The notes: generated by a model from the sequence alone, not told the origin. A stretch of DNA of 64,000 bases from Oscillospiraceae bacterium (GCA_021201135.1 JAJQGT010000009.1:48715-112714); one strand, 5' to 3'. Positions 43,421-53,465 are shown, counted from the first letter of the stretch. Numbers and translations: made by a program.

Positions 43421-44617
43421 TCAGACTTTATGGGAAAGTATAAATTCCGCCTGTTCCCATATCTCATCTGTCGAATCGGCACGAATAAGATAGACGTGAC
43501 TGCCCATACCGCCGGAGATGGATGACGGCGGCGCATTTTCCAGAAGTATTCTGTTCCCGTACCTGCCAAATACTTCGTCCCGGGAATGCTCATAGCTCTC
43601 CCTGTCACTCTGCGCGAAATGGGTCACATAGGATTGAAAATGGTATTCCGGGAAAGAGCGGTTTTCATCAAACATAAGGCTCTCAGCCCATATCTGATAA
43701 ACGTCTACATTATAGGCATAGTTCATTTTATCCGGGATATATCCGCCCGGCGCACGCATATTCACTTCGAGTCCGACAATGTCTCCCCTGTTTCCTAACC
43801 CCGGCTTATCAACATCCAGACGGAAAAATTCAAAATGAAAGAATCGGTTGCGTAACCCAAAAGCGGCAACTACCCGTGGTCCTATCTCACTCAGATCTGT
43901 CTGCTGAACATTTTGAGTATAGCTCACGTTTTCTCCGTTACCAAGGAGCATATCCAACGGTGTGACAGCCATGACCTGACCTGAACAGAACAGGATATTG
44001 CCTCTGCTGTCGGTAATTCCGTCAAATGTTTCGATATGACCGGGTACAAACTCCTCCATAATGTACGGCTGTTCACGCTTGCCGAAGATAAACCTCTCAA
44101 GCTCATCATCGGAACTGAGCTTCCATGTGTTCGCCGCACCCACACCATTGTCCGGCTTGACGATTACAGGATAGCCCACCTGAGAAACGAACTGCCGGCA
44201 TATATCCGCACAATCTGCCGGAACATATCTCGCTGTTCTGACACCGGCTCTTGAATATCCCGCCTTCATCCGTGACTTTAGCTTGACGTTTTCGAGCTCC
44301 TCCGGCAGATAGCCGGAGCGGACATTGAAATCAGCACGCAGTCGGGCTTCAAGCTCCAACCAATATTCATTCTGACTTTCGATATAGTCTATCCGACCAT
44401 ACTTGGATATGTAAAAGGCTACCGCACGATAAACATCATCATATCTTCCCAGACTGGGCAGATAGTAATAGTCAGTCAAAGAATTGCGGCAGTTGTCGCT
44501 GAGGTCGTTCCATGGGCAATCGCCGATTCCGAACACATTTGCCCCAAGAGCTTTCAGGCGGTCACAGAAATTATAGAAATGCGACGGAAAGTTGGGCGAA
44601 ATAAAAATTACATTCAT
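43421..44617 (-). CDS. ATP-grasp carboxylate-amine ligase (candidate second-step gamma-glutamyl-peptide/glutathione-like synthetase)
   Basis: AAGGAG RBS followed by the ATG at 44617. YPVIVKPDNGVGAANTWK..., IMEEFVPG and EVNMRAPGG are ATP-grasp motifs. Confidence 0.7.
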   Translation of the reverse strand: MNVIFISPNFPSHFYNFCDRLKALGANVFGIGDCPWNDLSDNCRNSLTDYYYLPSLGRYDDVYRAVAFYISKYGRIDYIESQNEYWLELEARLRADFNVRSGYLPEELENVKLKSRMKAGYSRAGVRTARYVPADCADICRQFVSQVGYPVIVKPDNGVGAANTWKLSSDDELERFIFGKREQPYIMEEFVPGHIETFDGITDSRGNILFCSGQVMAVTPLDMLLGNGENVSYTQNVQQTDLSEIGPRVVAAFGLRNRFFHFEFFRLDVDKPGLGNRGDIVGLEVNMRAPGGYIPDKMNYAYNVDVYQIWAESLMFDENRSFPEYHFQSYVTHFAQSDRESYEHSRDEVFGRYGNRILLENAPPSSISGGMGSHVYLIRADSTDEIWEQAEFILSHKV

Positions 44618-44630
44618 GTGTTTCAACTCC

Positions 44631-45383
44631 TTACAGCCATAAAAATTGCATCCATGTGGGAACCTGAATCTCCCAACTTGCTTCGTTGTGCACGCCGCCT
44701 TGCTGACAATAAAGATACGTTTGCACCTGTTTTTCCATAAGCTTCGCTTCGAGATAACAGATGCTATCAGCAATGTTCTGCACCCGCTCAGGTGTGTCTT
44801 CTGCAGTACCCCAACTAAAAAACACCTTGGTATCCGGAGACAGGCTGTCTTCCCTGATCTCTTTATCAAAGGATTCCATTGCGGGTAACAGAGAGGGCGA
44901 GATCACCGCCGCTTTTGAAAAGAAGCGGTTGTAACGCAGTACTGAATAAAGCGCAGTCATGCCACCATTGCTGTAGCCGGCGATTGCGGTTGATTCCCGG
45001 AACGGGTATGTCCGATAGGTTCTGTCTATGTAGGGCTTCAGGTCTTCAACAATCCAACGAAGGGTATCGTCACCTCGTCCCCACACCTCACCATAGATTC
45101 TGCTGTATATATGATACGGACAATATTCATGCAATCTTTGCACATCGTCATTTGAACACTCAATCCCTACTACAATAAGCTTTTTACCCCAATGATCCAG
45201 AAACTGCTTCAGCCCAAGTGATTTGCCATATGTGGCATCAAAATCGAAAAACAGATTGTGACCATCAAACATATAGAGCGTCGGATACCTTTCGCCACAG
45301 AAATCGTAGTCATCGGGGAGATACAGATGAATCCGTCTGACCTGCGATGCGGCAGGAAAGTAGTAATCAAATTTGTAAACCAT
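44631..45383 (-). CDS. Alpha/beta-hydrolase 'putative esterase' family (esterase D / S-formylglutathione-hydrolase-like fold)
   Basis: About 250 aa with YPTLYMFDGHNLF and the GYSNGG nucleophile elbow. Confidence 0.7.
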   Translation of the reverse strand: MVYKFDYYFPAASQVRRIHLYLPDDYDFCGERYPTLYMFDGHNLFFDFDATYGKSLGLKQFLDHWGKKLIVVGIECSNDDVQRLHEYCPYHIYSRIYGEVWGRGDDTLRWIVEDLKPYIDRTYRTYPFRESTAIAGYSNGGMTALYSVLRYNRFFSKAAVISPSLLPAMESFDKEIREDSLSPDTKVFFSWGTAEDTPERVQNIADSICYLEAKLMEKQVQTYLYCQQGGVHNEASWEIQVPTWMQFLWL

Positions 45384-45430
45384 ACAATGCCTCACTTGAA
45401 CTCTGAATTTTTAATATGCTAATGCGGACT

Positions 45431-45459
45431 ATTATATCATCAATAACCTACTATGTCAA
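45431..45459 (-). promoter_or_regulatory. Promoter of the esterase/ATP-grasp/gshA/amidotransferase operon
   Basis: Minus strand reads TTGACA, 17 nt, TATAAT. Confidence 0.6.
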
Positions 45460-45463
45460 TAGG
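45447..45463. promoter_or_regulatory. Operator-like site CCTAC-N7-ATAGG overlapping the -35 of the thiol operon
   Basis: Reads CCTACTATGTCAATAGG. It is one of three related sites in the window. Confidence 0.4.
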
Positions 45464-45520
45464 TTTAATAGGCTTTACAAAAATTTTTCACTCCTGCACA
45501 GTATCTGCGAGCTCTGCCGT

Positions 45521-45549
45521 TTGACATTGGCGTCATTGTAGGCTATAAT
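45521..45549 (+). promoter_or_regulatory. Promoter of the cystathionine lyase/synthase operon
   Basis: TTGACA, 17 nt, TATAAT. Confidence 0.6.
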
Positions 45550-45560
45550 AAAGTGGTTCG

Positions 45561-45577
45561 CCTACTTAAATGGTAGG
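45561..45577. promoter_or_regulatory. Operator-like site CCTAC-N7-GTAGG just downstream of the -10
   Basis: Reads CCTACTTAAATGGTAGG, with perfect 5-bp inverted arms. Confidence 0.4.
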
Positions 45578-45605
45578 CAATGAATATACGAAAGGTGCAT
45601 CATAG

Positions 45606-46766
45606 ATGAAACGTGGTATCGAAACAAAGTGTATTTACGGAGACGGTGCAAAATTTGATGGGGACAAGACCGGCTCAATCAGCTTTCCTATCTACCAGAC
45701 CGCCACATTCGCCCACCCTGAAGTGGGGCAGAGTACCGGCTTTGATTACAGCCGTATGCAAAATCCAACCCGACAGCAGTTGGAGCAGGTAGTCGCCTCT
45801 CTGGAAAACGGAGTGGATGCTCTGGCGTTTTCAAGTGGCATGGCGGCGATGACCGCATTGATGGAACTGTTTCACCCTGGAGACCACATTATTACAGACG
45901 CTGATTTATATAGCGAAAGCATCCGTCTGTTCCGCTCAATAAGCCAGAAAAACGGCATTACATTCAGCTACATTGACTGCACAAAAGAGGATGCAGAATC
46001 ATATATTCAGGAGAACACCAAGGCAATTCTGATTGAAACTCCCACTAATCCCATGATGAACGTAATAGACATCCGCAGTATGGCGGAGATAGCAAAGCGA
46101 CACGGATTGCTTTTCATCGTGGGCAACACTTTCCTGTCGCCCTATTTCCAGAAGCCTCTGACCCTTGGAGCGGACATCGTGCTTCACAGCGGGACAAAAT
46201 TCCTCGGTGGACACAACGATACGTTGGCAGGCTTTCTTGTGACAGGAAGCAAGGAGCTATCCGAAAAATTTCGTTATATTTTCAAGACAGTCGGCTCCGG
46301 ACTGGCTCCATTTGATAGTTGGCTGATCTTGCGAGGCATCAAAACCCTTCCCATCCGCATGGAACGGTCACAGGAAAACGCTCAAGCCATTGTAGCGTTT
46401 CTGCAGGGAGAACGCAGGGTGCGTAGAGTCTGTTATCCCGGCATTCCCGGCACTCGATCCTATGAAATATGTAAGAGACAGGCAAGCGGCTTTGGCAGTA
46501 TGATTACCTTTGAAGTGGAGTCCAAGGAGATGGCACTCCATATTCTCAAGAATACGAAGCTGATCCCGTTCGCAGAAAGCTTGGGCGGCGTAGAGACATT
46601 ATTGACCTATCCCATCACTCAGACGCACGCCGATGTACCAGCGGATGTGTTACAGAAAAATGGCATCACAGATCGGATTCTGCGCCTGTCGGTCGGCATT
46701 GAAACCAAAGATGACCTGATCCAGGATTTGAAGCAGGCGATGGATTCCTTTGAAGCATCGCACTGA
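45606..46766 (+). CDS. Cys/Met-metabolism PLP enzyme (cystathionine gamma-synthase / beta- or gamma-lyase family)
   Basis: 386 aa with YSRMQNPTRQQLE, SSGMAA and HSGTKFLGGH (PLP-Lys). Confidence 0.85.
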   Translation: MKRGIETKCIYGDGAKFDGDKTGSISFPIYQTATFAHPEVGQSTGFDYSRMQNPTRQQLEQVVASLENGVDALAFSSGMAAMTALMELFHPGDHIITDADLYSESIRLFRSISQKNGITFSYIDCTKEDAESYIQENTKAILIETPTNPMMNVIDIRSMAEIAKRHGLLFIVGNTFLSPYFQKPLTLGADIVLHSGTKFLGGHNDTLAGFLVTGSKELSEKFRYIFKTVGSGLAPFDSWLILRGIKTLPIRMERSQENAQAIVAFLQGERRVRRVCYPGIPGTRSYEICKRQASGFGSMITFEVESKEMALHILKNTKLIPFAESLGGVETLLTYPITQTHADVPADVLQKNGITDRILRLSVGIETKDDLIQDLKQAMDSFEASH

Positions 46767-46782
46767 AAGGAGAAGAAAAGCC

Positions 46783-47973
46783 ATGGGAGAACGAAATCTG
46801 GACTTTGACAGAATTATTGACCGGCGCAATACAGACTGCCTGAAATACGACTTTGCGAAGCGCAGAGGCAAGCCCGAAGATGTCCTGCCACTGTGGGTGG
46901 CTGACATGGATTTTCCTACATCCGGTTATGTGTTGGATGCTCTTCAGGAGAGAGTAGCTCACGGGATTTTCGGATACACCGAAATCGGAGACAGCTATTT
47001 TGAAGCGGTTGCAGGATGGATGGAGCGCAAGCACGGTTGGCAGGTGAAGCAGGACTGGTTAGTGAAAACGCCGGGTGTAGTTTTTGGGATTGCTATGGCA
47101 GTGAAAGCGTTCACAAAAAAAGGAGACAGCATCCTCATCCAACAGCCGGTGTATTACCCATTCAAAGAAGTCATTGAGGACAACGACAGGCAGGTTGTCA
47201 GTAGCGATCTGGTATTGGGGTCAGATAATCGCTATCATATTGATTTTGCAGATTTTGAACGGAAAATTATTGAGAATCAGGTTAAGCTGTTTATTCTATG
47301 TAGCCCACATAACCCTGTGGGACGTGTCTGGAAAAGAGAAGAACTGCTAAAAATCGGTGATCTCTGTCTGAAATACGGAGTGTTAGTAGTCAGTGATGAG
47401 ATTCATCAGGATTTTGTCTATGGGGAAAACAAGCACCTGGTGTTCGCTAATCTGGCACCCGAATTTGAGAAGATTTCCATCACCTGCACCTCACCTGCGA
47501 AAACCTTTAACCTCGCCGGCTTGCAGGTGTCCAACCTGTTTATTCCCGACTCCAAGTCGCGTGAGGTGTTTTGCAAGCAAATTGCCGCTTCCGATTACAG
47601 CCAGCTGAACACCTTGGGACTGACTGCCGGAGAGGCGGCATATCGGTTCGGAGAGGAATGGCACAATGGCGTTATCGACTATCTGGAGCAAAATATCATC
47701 TATCTGAAATCGTATCTTAATCAGGAGCTGCCGGAAATACGCATGATAGAGCCGGAGGGAACATATCTTGTGTGGCTTGATTTTCGTGGGCTGGGACTGA
47801 AAGTCCCGGAACTGGAGCATATGATTATCCACAAGGCAAAGCTCTGGTTGGACAGCGGTGCTATCTTTGGAGCGGCGGGAGAAGGATTTCAGCGAATTAA
47901 CATCGCCTGCCCACGAGCTACGTTGAAGCAAGCACTCGAACAGCTGAAACAAGCTGTTAAAGAAATAGGTTAG
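46783..47973 (+). CDS. MalY/PatB-type aminotransferase-fold cystathionine beta-lyase
   Basis: GAAAGGAG RBS followed by the ATG at 46783. Contains FDRIIDRRNTDCLKYD, LWVADMDF and SPAKTFNLAG. Confidence 0.85.
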   Translation: MGERNLDFDRIIDRRNTDCLKYDFAKRRGKPEDVLPLWVADMDFPTSGYVLDALQERVAHGIFGYTEIGDSYFEAVAGWMERKHGWQVKQDWLVKTPGVVFGIAMAVKAFTKKGDSILIQQPVYYPFKEVIEDNDRQVVSSDLVLGSDNRYHIDFADFERKIIENQVKLFILCSPHNPVGRVWKREELLKIGDLCLKYGVLVVSDEIHQDFVYGENKHLVFANLAPEFEKISITCTSPAKTFNLAGLQVSNLFIPDSKSREVFCKQIAASDYSQLNTLGLTAGEAAYRFGEEWHNGVIDYLEQNIIYLKSYLNQELPEIRMIEPEGTYLVWLDFRGLGLKVPELEHMIIHKAKLWLDSGAIFGAAGEGFQRINIACPRATLKQALEQLKQAVKEIG

Positions 47974-47990
47974 CAGGAGGGCAATAAATA

Positions 47991-48155
47991 GTGTTGAATC
48001 AGTTTTCAAGGACAGAGCTTCTGCTTGGAAAAGACGGAATGGAGCGTTTATCGGAGTCCCGTGTAGCAGTATTCGGCATCGGAGGCGTCGGTGGTTATGC
48101 TACAGAAGCACTTGCCAGAAGTGGGGTCGGTCACCTCGTACTATTGGTGAAATGA
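47991..48155 (+). pseudogene. tcdA: N-terminal 54-codon fragment of tRNA threonylcarbamoyladenosine dehydratase (TcdA/ThiF family)
   Basis: GCAGGAGGG RBS followed by a GTG. The peptide MLNQFSRTELLLGKDGMERLSESRVAVFGIGGVGGYATEALARSGVGHLVLLVK stops where full-length proteins continue (LIDxD...). Confidence 0.6.
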
Positions 48156-48172
48156 AAGTTGAGGCATCAATC

Positions 48173-48664
48173 ATGAGCAAAATAAGAACAAAATTTTTCA
48201 CAGGAGTCATCGCAGTAGCTATGACGTTTGTTATGGTCGGTTGCTCTTCCGAAGCAGAGTCTGTGGAAACACAGGAAAGTACATCCGACATAGCGGAGAC
48301 AGGAATCGAGATTCACATAGAAGATATAAGCACCAACGCCAGTTATTACGATACGACAGTTGACGGAATTAATGTTGAGATTTTCGCAGTTCTCGCTTCT
48401 GACGGCACAGTTCGACTCGCAATGAATACCTGTCAGGTGTGCAACGGTTCGCCATACGCTTACTTTGTGCAGGAAGGTGACTACTTCGTCTGTCAGAATT
48501 GCGGAAGTAAATTCTCAATAAACAATATAGGTGTGGTAAGCGGAAGTTGCAATCCCGTCCCGATAACCTCTGATGATTATTCCGAAGAGGAAAGTGTAAT
48601 TACAATTTCATCAGAATTTCTGAGCGATAACGCTTATCGCTTTACAAACTGGAAGAACTTCTGA
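48173..48664 (+). CDS. Lipoprotein with Cys-rich DUF2318-like metal-binding domain
   Basis: Signal peptide with lipobox (FVMVGC). Contains CQVCNGSPYAYF...FVCQNCGSKF...SGSCNP. Confidence 0.7.
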   Translation: MSKIRTKFFTGVIAVAMTFVMVGCSSEAESVETQESTSDIAETGIEIHIEDISTNASYYDTTVDGINVEIFAVLASDGTVRLAMNTCQVCNGSPYAYFVQEGDYFVCQNCGSKFSINNIGVVSGSCNPVPITSDDYSEEESVITISSEFLSDNAYRFTNWKNF

Positions 48665-48676
48665 GGTGCCTGATAT

Positions 48677-49963
48677 ATGAAAAAATCGGTTATTCATGTC
48701 ACTGGAATGACCTGCCGGAATTGTGAATGCAGGGTCGAGGGCGCAGTATCGGCTATCGAGGGAGTATCATCCGCAACCGCCGATTGCGGAAAGGGACAAC
48801 TGACTGTCGAGTACTCGTCTCCGTGCACAGAAGCGAAAATAAAAGCCGCAATAGAGGAAACGGGTTACGGCGTGAGCGAAACAGGTAAGAAGCTTGGCGA
48901 TACGGTAGCAATTCTCGTTATCATACTTGCATTGTATGTAATAGCAAGGCATATGGGCTGGCTCGAAATCTTCCAGAACATACCAATAATCGGTGAAGAG
49001 CAGATGAGCTATTTCGCACTGTTTCTGATAGGGCTTCTCACCTCAGTTCACTGCATCGCTATGTGCGGTGGGCTTAACCTTGCCCAAAGCATCTCCGAGG
49101 GCAATACAAAACCCCTCAAACGAAGCGTTCTGTATAACTTGGGCAGACTCACAAGCTATACGATAATTGGCGGCGTTCTTGGATTTATCGGAGAGAAAGC
49201 CGCAATTACATTGCAGGTTCGGGGAATTATAGGACTCATAGCGGGAGTGTTCATGCTCATAATGGGGATAAGAATGCTCGGCGGATTTCAGTTTCGCATC
49301 CGTCTTTTTCCGAAGCTATCCGCAAAGATTTCTCAGAAGATTCAGCGTATTGGCAGACACAGCTCCTTTGCTGTCGGGCTTGCAAACGGATTCATGCCGT
49401 GCGGGCCGCTCCAGTCCATGCAGATATACGCTATCGCAAGCGGAAGCATGATTGCAGGTGCACTGTCGATGTTTTCTTTCTGCCTCGGAACCATTCCGCT
49501 TGTGTTTGTTTTTGGAATGGCTGCGGGAATGCTTAAGTCACATTGGCGTACCAGAATGCTGCAGGTTGGCTCCGTCCTTCTCATTGTGATGGGAATCTTT
49601 ATGCTTCAAAATAACCTTGTGCTTACGGGCTTCACAACAACCAGCTCTACTACTTCAGGCTCTGATGATGTCATAGTGTCAACCGTTGACGGCGATGTTC
49701 AATATGTCACAACCGCACTTCATTCAAACGGATATGATGACATTCAGGTCACGGCAGGAATCCCTGTGGTGTGGACAATAGAAGTTGACGAGAGCAGTCT
49801 GAACGGCTGTAATAATGAGATTGTACTGTCGGCATTCAATCAGCAAGTAAAGCTTACTACAGGTGAGGTTGTGATAGAGTTTACACCTGTTGAAGAAGGA
49901 ACATATACCTATTCCTGTTGGATGGGAATGCTGAAAAATACGATTACAGTCGTTGAAGAATGA
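48677..49963 (+). CDS. HMA-domain / polytopic membrane (DsbD_2/TauE-like) / C-terminal cupredoxin-like protein; putative metal handling
   Basis: HVTGMTCRNCE (GMTCxxC), about 6 TM segments with SVHCIAMCGG and MPCGPL, and a C-terminal EGTYTYSCWMGM. Confidence 0.7.
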   Translation: MKKSVIHVTGMTCRNCECRVEGAVSAIEGVSSATADCGKGQLTVEYSSPCTEAKIKAAIEETGYGVSETGKKLGDTVAILVIILALYVIARHMGWLEIFQNIPIIGEEQMSYFALFLIGLLTSVHCIAMCGGLNLAQSISEGNTKPLKRSVLYNLGRLTSYTIIGGVLGFIGEKAAITLQVRGIIGLIAGVFMLIMGIRMLGGFQFRIRLFPKLSAKISQKIQRIGRHSSFAVGLANGFMPCGPLQSMQIYAIASGSMIAGALSMFSFCLGTIPLVFVFGMAAGMLKSHWRTRMLQVGSVLLIVMGIFMLQNNLVLTGFTTTSSTTSGSDDVIVSTVDGDVQYVTTALHSNGYDDIQVTAGIPVVWTIEVDESSLNGCNNEIVLSAFNQQVKLTTGEVVIEFTPVEEGTYTYSCWMGMLKNTITVVEE

Positions 49964-50067
49964 GTTAAAGACAAAGAGAGTGTGCACAACGCTTGCTGAG
50001 CTTCAGCCCAGCTGTGTTGTGCACACTTATCCGTTACCTAAGTGATATAGTTATAGGCAGATAACGC

Positions 50068-50937
50068 TCACTTACAAGTCATGAGGCTATTTACGGAAGT
50101 ATATATCCTTCTGCCGACATAGGAGTTATTCATCACATACAGATGGATTCCGTCTACGCCCTGTGTAATCAGGTCTACGATCTGGTCAACAGCATAGGCA
50201 ATACCGGCATCACGCATAGCAATCGGATTGTTTTCATATCGTTCCATAATCTTCAGGAACTTTGTCGGAAGCGTTGCACCGCAGAGAGAAACCATCCTCT
50301 CAATCTGTTTGCGGTTTGTGACAGGCATGATTCCCGCTTCTATCGGGACGTTGATTCCGGCAATCTGACATCTTTCCAAAAACGAATAGAAGCAATTATT
50401 GTCGAAGAAAAGCCGAGAAATGAGACGGTCTGCACCCGCATCAACTTTTTTCTTGAGATTAAGTATGTCCTCAGCCTTGCTTGATGCCTCAATGTGACCT
50501 TCGGGGTAGCAAGCTCCCGAAACGTCAAAGTCGCCGTTTTGCTTGATGAAAGAAATCAGGTCAGACGCATACTCAAAATCGCCTTTCGGAACCTCGCTGC
50601 CATCCGTAGGCATATCGCCACGCAAAGCTAAGATATTCTCAACACCGATTCGTTTCAGTTCATCAAGCTTTTCAAGAATATCAGCCTTTGTCATTCCAAG
50701 ACAGGTCAGGTGTGCGGCACTTTCGATGCCGTTGTTTTTTATTGCGGAAGTGATTTTGAAGGTCTCTGTGTTGTTTTTGCCTCCCGCCGCCCCGTATGTG
50801 ACACTTATGAAGTCGGGGGAGAGATCCCGAAGCTCTGCAAGTGTGTCATATACGGAGTTTACCGATGATGTGGTTTTCGGCGGGAAGACTTCGAAGGAGA
50901 AGACCGTCTTTGTCTTGAATATTTCAGATATTTTCAT
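50068..50937 (-). CDS. metF: Methylenetetrahydrofolate reductase
   Basis: [21 protein letters not shown]..., SVTYGAAGG and LALRGD. Its ATG at 50937 overlaps the metE stop. Confidence 0.9.
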   Translation of the reverse strand: MKISEIFKTKTVFSFEVFPPKTTSSVNSVYDTLAELRDLSPDFISVTYGAAGGKNNTETFKITSAIKNNGIESAAHLTCLGMTKADILEKLDELKRIGVENILALRGDMPTDGSEVPKGDFEYASDLISFIKQNGDFDVSGACYPEGHIEASSKAEDILNLKKKVDAGADRLISRLFFDNNCFYSFLERCQIAGINVPIEAGIMPVTNRKQIERMVSLCGATLPTKFLKIMERYENNPIAMRDAGIAYAVDQIVDLITQGVDGIHLYVMNNSYVGRRIYTSVNSLMTCK

Positions 50938-53197
50938 TTCTAAGCTCTCTTGCCGCCTGAACGAGGTTTCGAAGGCTTGCCTCTGTTTCGACGGTGCCTC
51001 TTGTTTTAAGTCCACAGTCGGGATTTACCCAAAGCTTGTCTGGCTGAACCTTGCCAAGCATTTTGTGAAGTGCCGATTTGATTTCCTCAACAGAGGGAAC
51101 TCTCGGCGAGTGAATGTCATAAACTCCGGGACCAACCTCAGTCTTGAAACCGGATTCTTTGAGGGAATCCAGGATCTGAAGGTCGGAGCGGGAAGCCTCA
51201 AAGGTGATAACATCGGCATCCATGTCGTCGATTGCCTTGATTATGTCGGTGAATTCGCTGTAGCACATATGAGTGTGAATCTGGGTTTCCGGCTTGACGC
51301 CGCTGTGAACCAGACGGAAAGCGGGAATTGCCCAGTCGAGGTATTCGCTGTACCAGTCACTCTTTCTTAAGGGAAGTTTTTCTCTCAGAGCGGCTTCGTC
51401 AATCTGGATAACTCTGATTCCGCTCGCTTCAAGATCCAGAACCTCATCCCTTATTGCAAGAGCAATCTGATATGTACTCTCTTTGGTGGATATGTCCTCA
51501 CGAGGGAACGACCAGTTGAGAATTGTAACCGGACCTGTGAGCATTCCCTTGAGCGGCTTGTCGGTCAGGCTCTGGGCATATGTTGACCATTCAACCGTAA
51601 TCGGCTTGATTCTTGAAACATCACCCCAGATAATCGGAGGCTTTACGCATCTGGTGCCATACGATTGCACCCAAGCCTTCTCCGTGAACAGGAAGCCCTT
51701 GAGCTGTTCGCCGAAATACTCAACCATGTCGTTTCTTTCGTATTCGCCGTGAACCAGAACGTCAAGCCCGATATTTTCCTGAAGCTCGATACATTCAGCA
51801 ATTTTCTTGCGGTTAAACTCTTTATACTCTTCCTCGGTTATAGTTCCCTTTCTAAATGCAGTACGATTTGCTTTGACATCCTGAGTCTGAGGGAAAGAAC
51901 CGATAGTTGTTGTCGGGAACTTGGGAAGGTTGAATTCTTTCTTTTGGATTTTTTCTCTTTCGGAGAAAGCAGGAAGTCTTTCAAAATCAGCCTCCTTGAT
52001 TTCAGAAACACGTTTTCTTACGCTTTCATCTGTCGCTCCCTCGCGCTTTTCAAATAGAGCTTCGTTTTTCTTGTATGCTTCCGAAATGCTTCTGTCGGTT
52101 TCGGGGAATAATGCCTTGATTTCAGAAAGCTCCGAAAGCTTCTCCTCTGCAAAGGCAAAATGATTCTTGAAGTCCTCAGACAGCTTAGTTTCGTTATCAA
52201 GAGTATACGGAACGTGCAGAAGCGAACATGATGTGCTGATTACGGCGTTAATTCCTGCATCCGATAAAGTATCAAGGACAGCCAAGGTGCGACTGTAATT
52301 GTTTCTCCAGATATTTTTACCGTTGACGAGACCCGCGAAGAGGAGCTTATCATCCGGGAAACCATTCTTATTGACAAGTGCAAGTGTCTCTCTGCCCTCA
52401 ACAAAGTCGAGTCCAATTCCGTCAAAATCAAGCTTTGCGACATCATTGTAGCAATCTCTTATATCGCCGAAATAGGTTTCAAGGAGAACCTTTACAGAGC
52501 CCTTTGCAGAAAGAATTTTGCTATAAAGTCTTTCAAAAAGCTCTATGTCATCTGCGCTCAGATCATGGACAAGATATGGCTCATCAAACTGAACCCACTT
52601 TGCTCCGAGAGATGAGAACTTCCTCAAAATCTCCGAATAAGCCTCAGCTACGCTGTCTGCAAAATCCGCCGTTTTCCTCTCGCCGGTGAATTTCGTGAGC
52701 TTCAAAAGAGTGAACGCGCCAACTATAACCGGCTTTGTCTCTACTCCCTCAGCTTTTGCTTCAAGATATTCGTCAAAAGGCTTTGTTCCGACGAGCCTGA
52801 CTGAAGTATTGTCGTCAGCTTCTGGAACCATATAGTGATAATTGGTGTTGAACCACTTTTTCATAGCAAGTGCCTTGACATCGCCCTTTTCGCCCTGATA
52901 GCCTCTTGCCATTGCGAAATATGTATCCAATTCCGAAAGCCCAAGCTCAGAATATCTTTCGGGAATAATGTTCAGAAGAACCGCCGTGTCGAGCGTAGTA
53001 TCGTAGAATGAGAAATCGTTTGACGGGATATAATCAAGCCCGGACTCTTTCTCTATAGCCCACTGTGACTTTCTGATCCCGGAAGCGACAGAATAAAGCT
53101 CACTTGACCCCATCTCATTACGAAAATACTTTTCTGTCGCAAATTTGAGTTCTCTCTGGCTTCCTACTCTCGGATAGCCTATGATTGATGACTGCAT
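50924..53197 (-). CDS. metE: Cobalamin-independent methionine synthase
   Basis: AAGGAGAGGA RBS followed by the ATG at 53197. [25 protein letters not shown], about 757 aa, with a C-terminal HMCYSEF zinc motif. Confidence 0.92.
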   Translation of the reverse strand: MQSSIIGYPRVGSQRELKFATEKYFRNEMGSSELYSVASGIRKSQWAIEKESGLDYIPSNDFSFYDTTLDTAVLLNIIPERYSELGLSELDTYFAMARGYQGEKGDVKALAMKKWFNTNYHYMVPEADDNTSVRLVGTKPFDEYLEAKAEGVETKPVIVGAFTLLKLTKFTGERKTADFADSVAEAYSEILRKFSSLGAKWVQFDEPYLVHDLSADDIELFERLYSKILSAKGSVKVLLETYFGDIRDCYNDVAKLDFDGIGLDFVEGRETLALVNKNGFPDDKLLFAGLVNGKNIWRNNYSRTLAVLDTLSDAGINAVISTSCSLLHVPYTLDNETKLSEDFKNHFAFAEEKLSELSEIKALFPETDRSISEAYKKNEALFEKREGATDESVRKRVSEIKEADFERLPAFSEREKIQKKEFNLPKFPTTTIGSFPQTQDVKANRTAFRKGTITEEEYKEFNRKKIAECIELQENIGLDVLVHGEYERNDMVEYFGEQLKGFLFTEKAWVQSYGTRCVKPPIIWGDVSRIKPITVEWSTYAQSLTDKPLKGMLTGPVTILNWSFPREDISTKESTYQIALAIRDEVLDLEASGIRVIQIDEAALREKLPLRKSDWYSEYLDWAIPAFRLVHSGVKPETQIHTHMCYSEFTDIIKAIDDMDADVITFEASRSDLQILDSLKESGFKTEVGPGVYDIHSPRVPSVEEIKSALHKMLGKVQPDKLWVNPDCGLKTRGTVETEASLRNLVQAARELRNENI

Positions 53198-53380
53198 GAA
53201 TATATCCTCTCCTTGTACAAAATCATGTGACCGTTCGTCGGCATAATTATAGCATATTTCGCCCGTTGTCTTCCAATACAATCTTTGAATGCTCAGGTAT
53301 AGATTCAATCTATAGCTTTAAATTTGTTTTCTTTCTTTGACGCTTTTGAAACCTCCGGGTTGAGCTTTACTAAATTAAAA

Positions 53381-53397
53381 CCTATCAACATAGTAGG
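53381..53397. promoter_or_regulatory. Operator-like site (minus strand CCTAC-N7-ATAGG) immediately downstream of the metE -10
   Basis: Minus strand reads TATAAT-C-CCTACTATGTTGATAGG. Confidence 0.4.
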
Positions 53398-53398
53398 G

Positions 53399-53427
53399 AT
53401 TATATCATAAGACAGTCTCGCTGTCAA
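53399..53427 (-). promoter_or_regulatory. metE-metF promoter
   Basis: Minus strand reads TTGACA, 17 nt, TATAAT, with an approximately 195-nt leader. Confidence 0.6.
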
Positions 53428-53465
53428 TACGTTTTTTGAATTCTGAAAAAATTTTCGAAAAGGTA

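Noticed and set aside
45550-45605. Short 5' UTR hairpin of the lyase operon as a possible SAM-III (SMK-box)-like element
   Set aside because: The sequence does not resemble the SMK consensus. The hairpin is better explained as the palindromic operator-like motif CCTAC-N7-GTAGG.
53224-53260. A short ORF in the metE leader also begins MPTN, like the metY leader peptide
   Set aside because: It has no Shine-Dalgarno sequence, overlaps the metE RBS and start, and shares only four residues with the metY leader peptide. The resemblance is probably coincidental.
53198-53398. Possible riboswitch (S-box, T-box or B12) in the ~195-nt metE leader
   Set aside because: I could not find the conserved cores (SAM-I GAGGGA/GCCC helices, T-box GGTGGTACCGCG, or the B12 box). 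Only a local hairpin (TATAGAT-TGA-ATCTATA) and the operator-like motif are evident. This needs a covariance-model search before any call.
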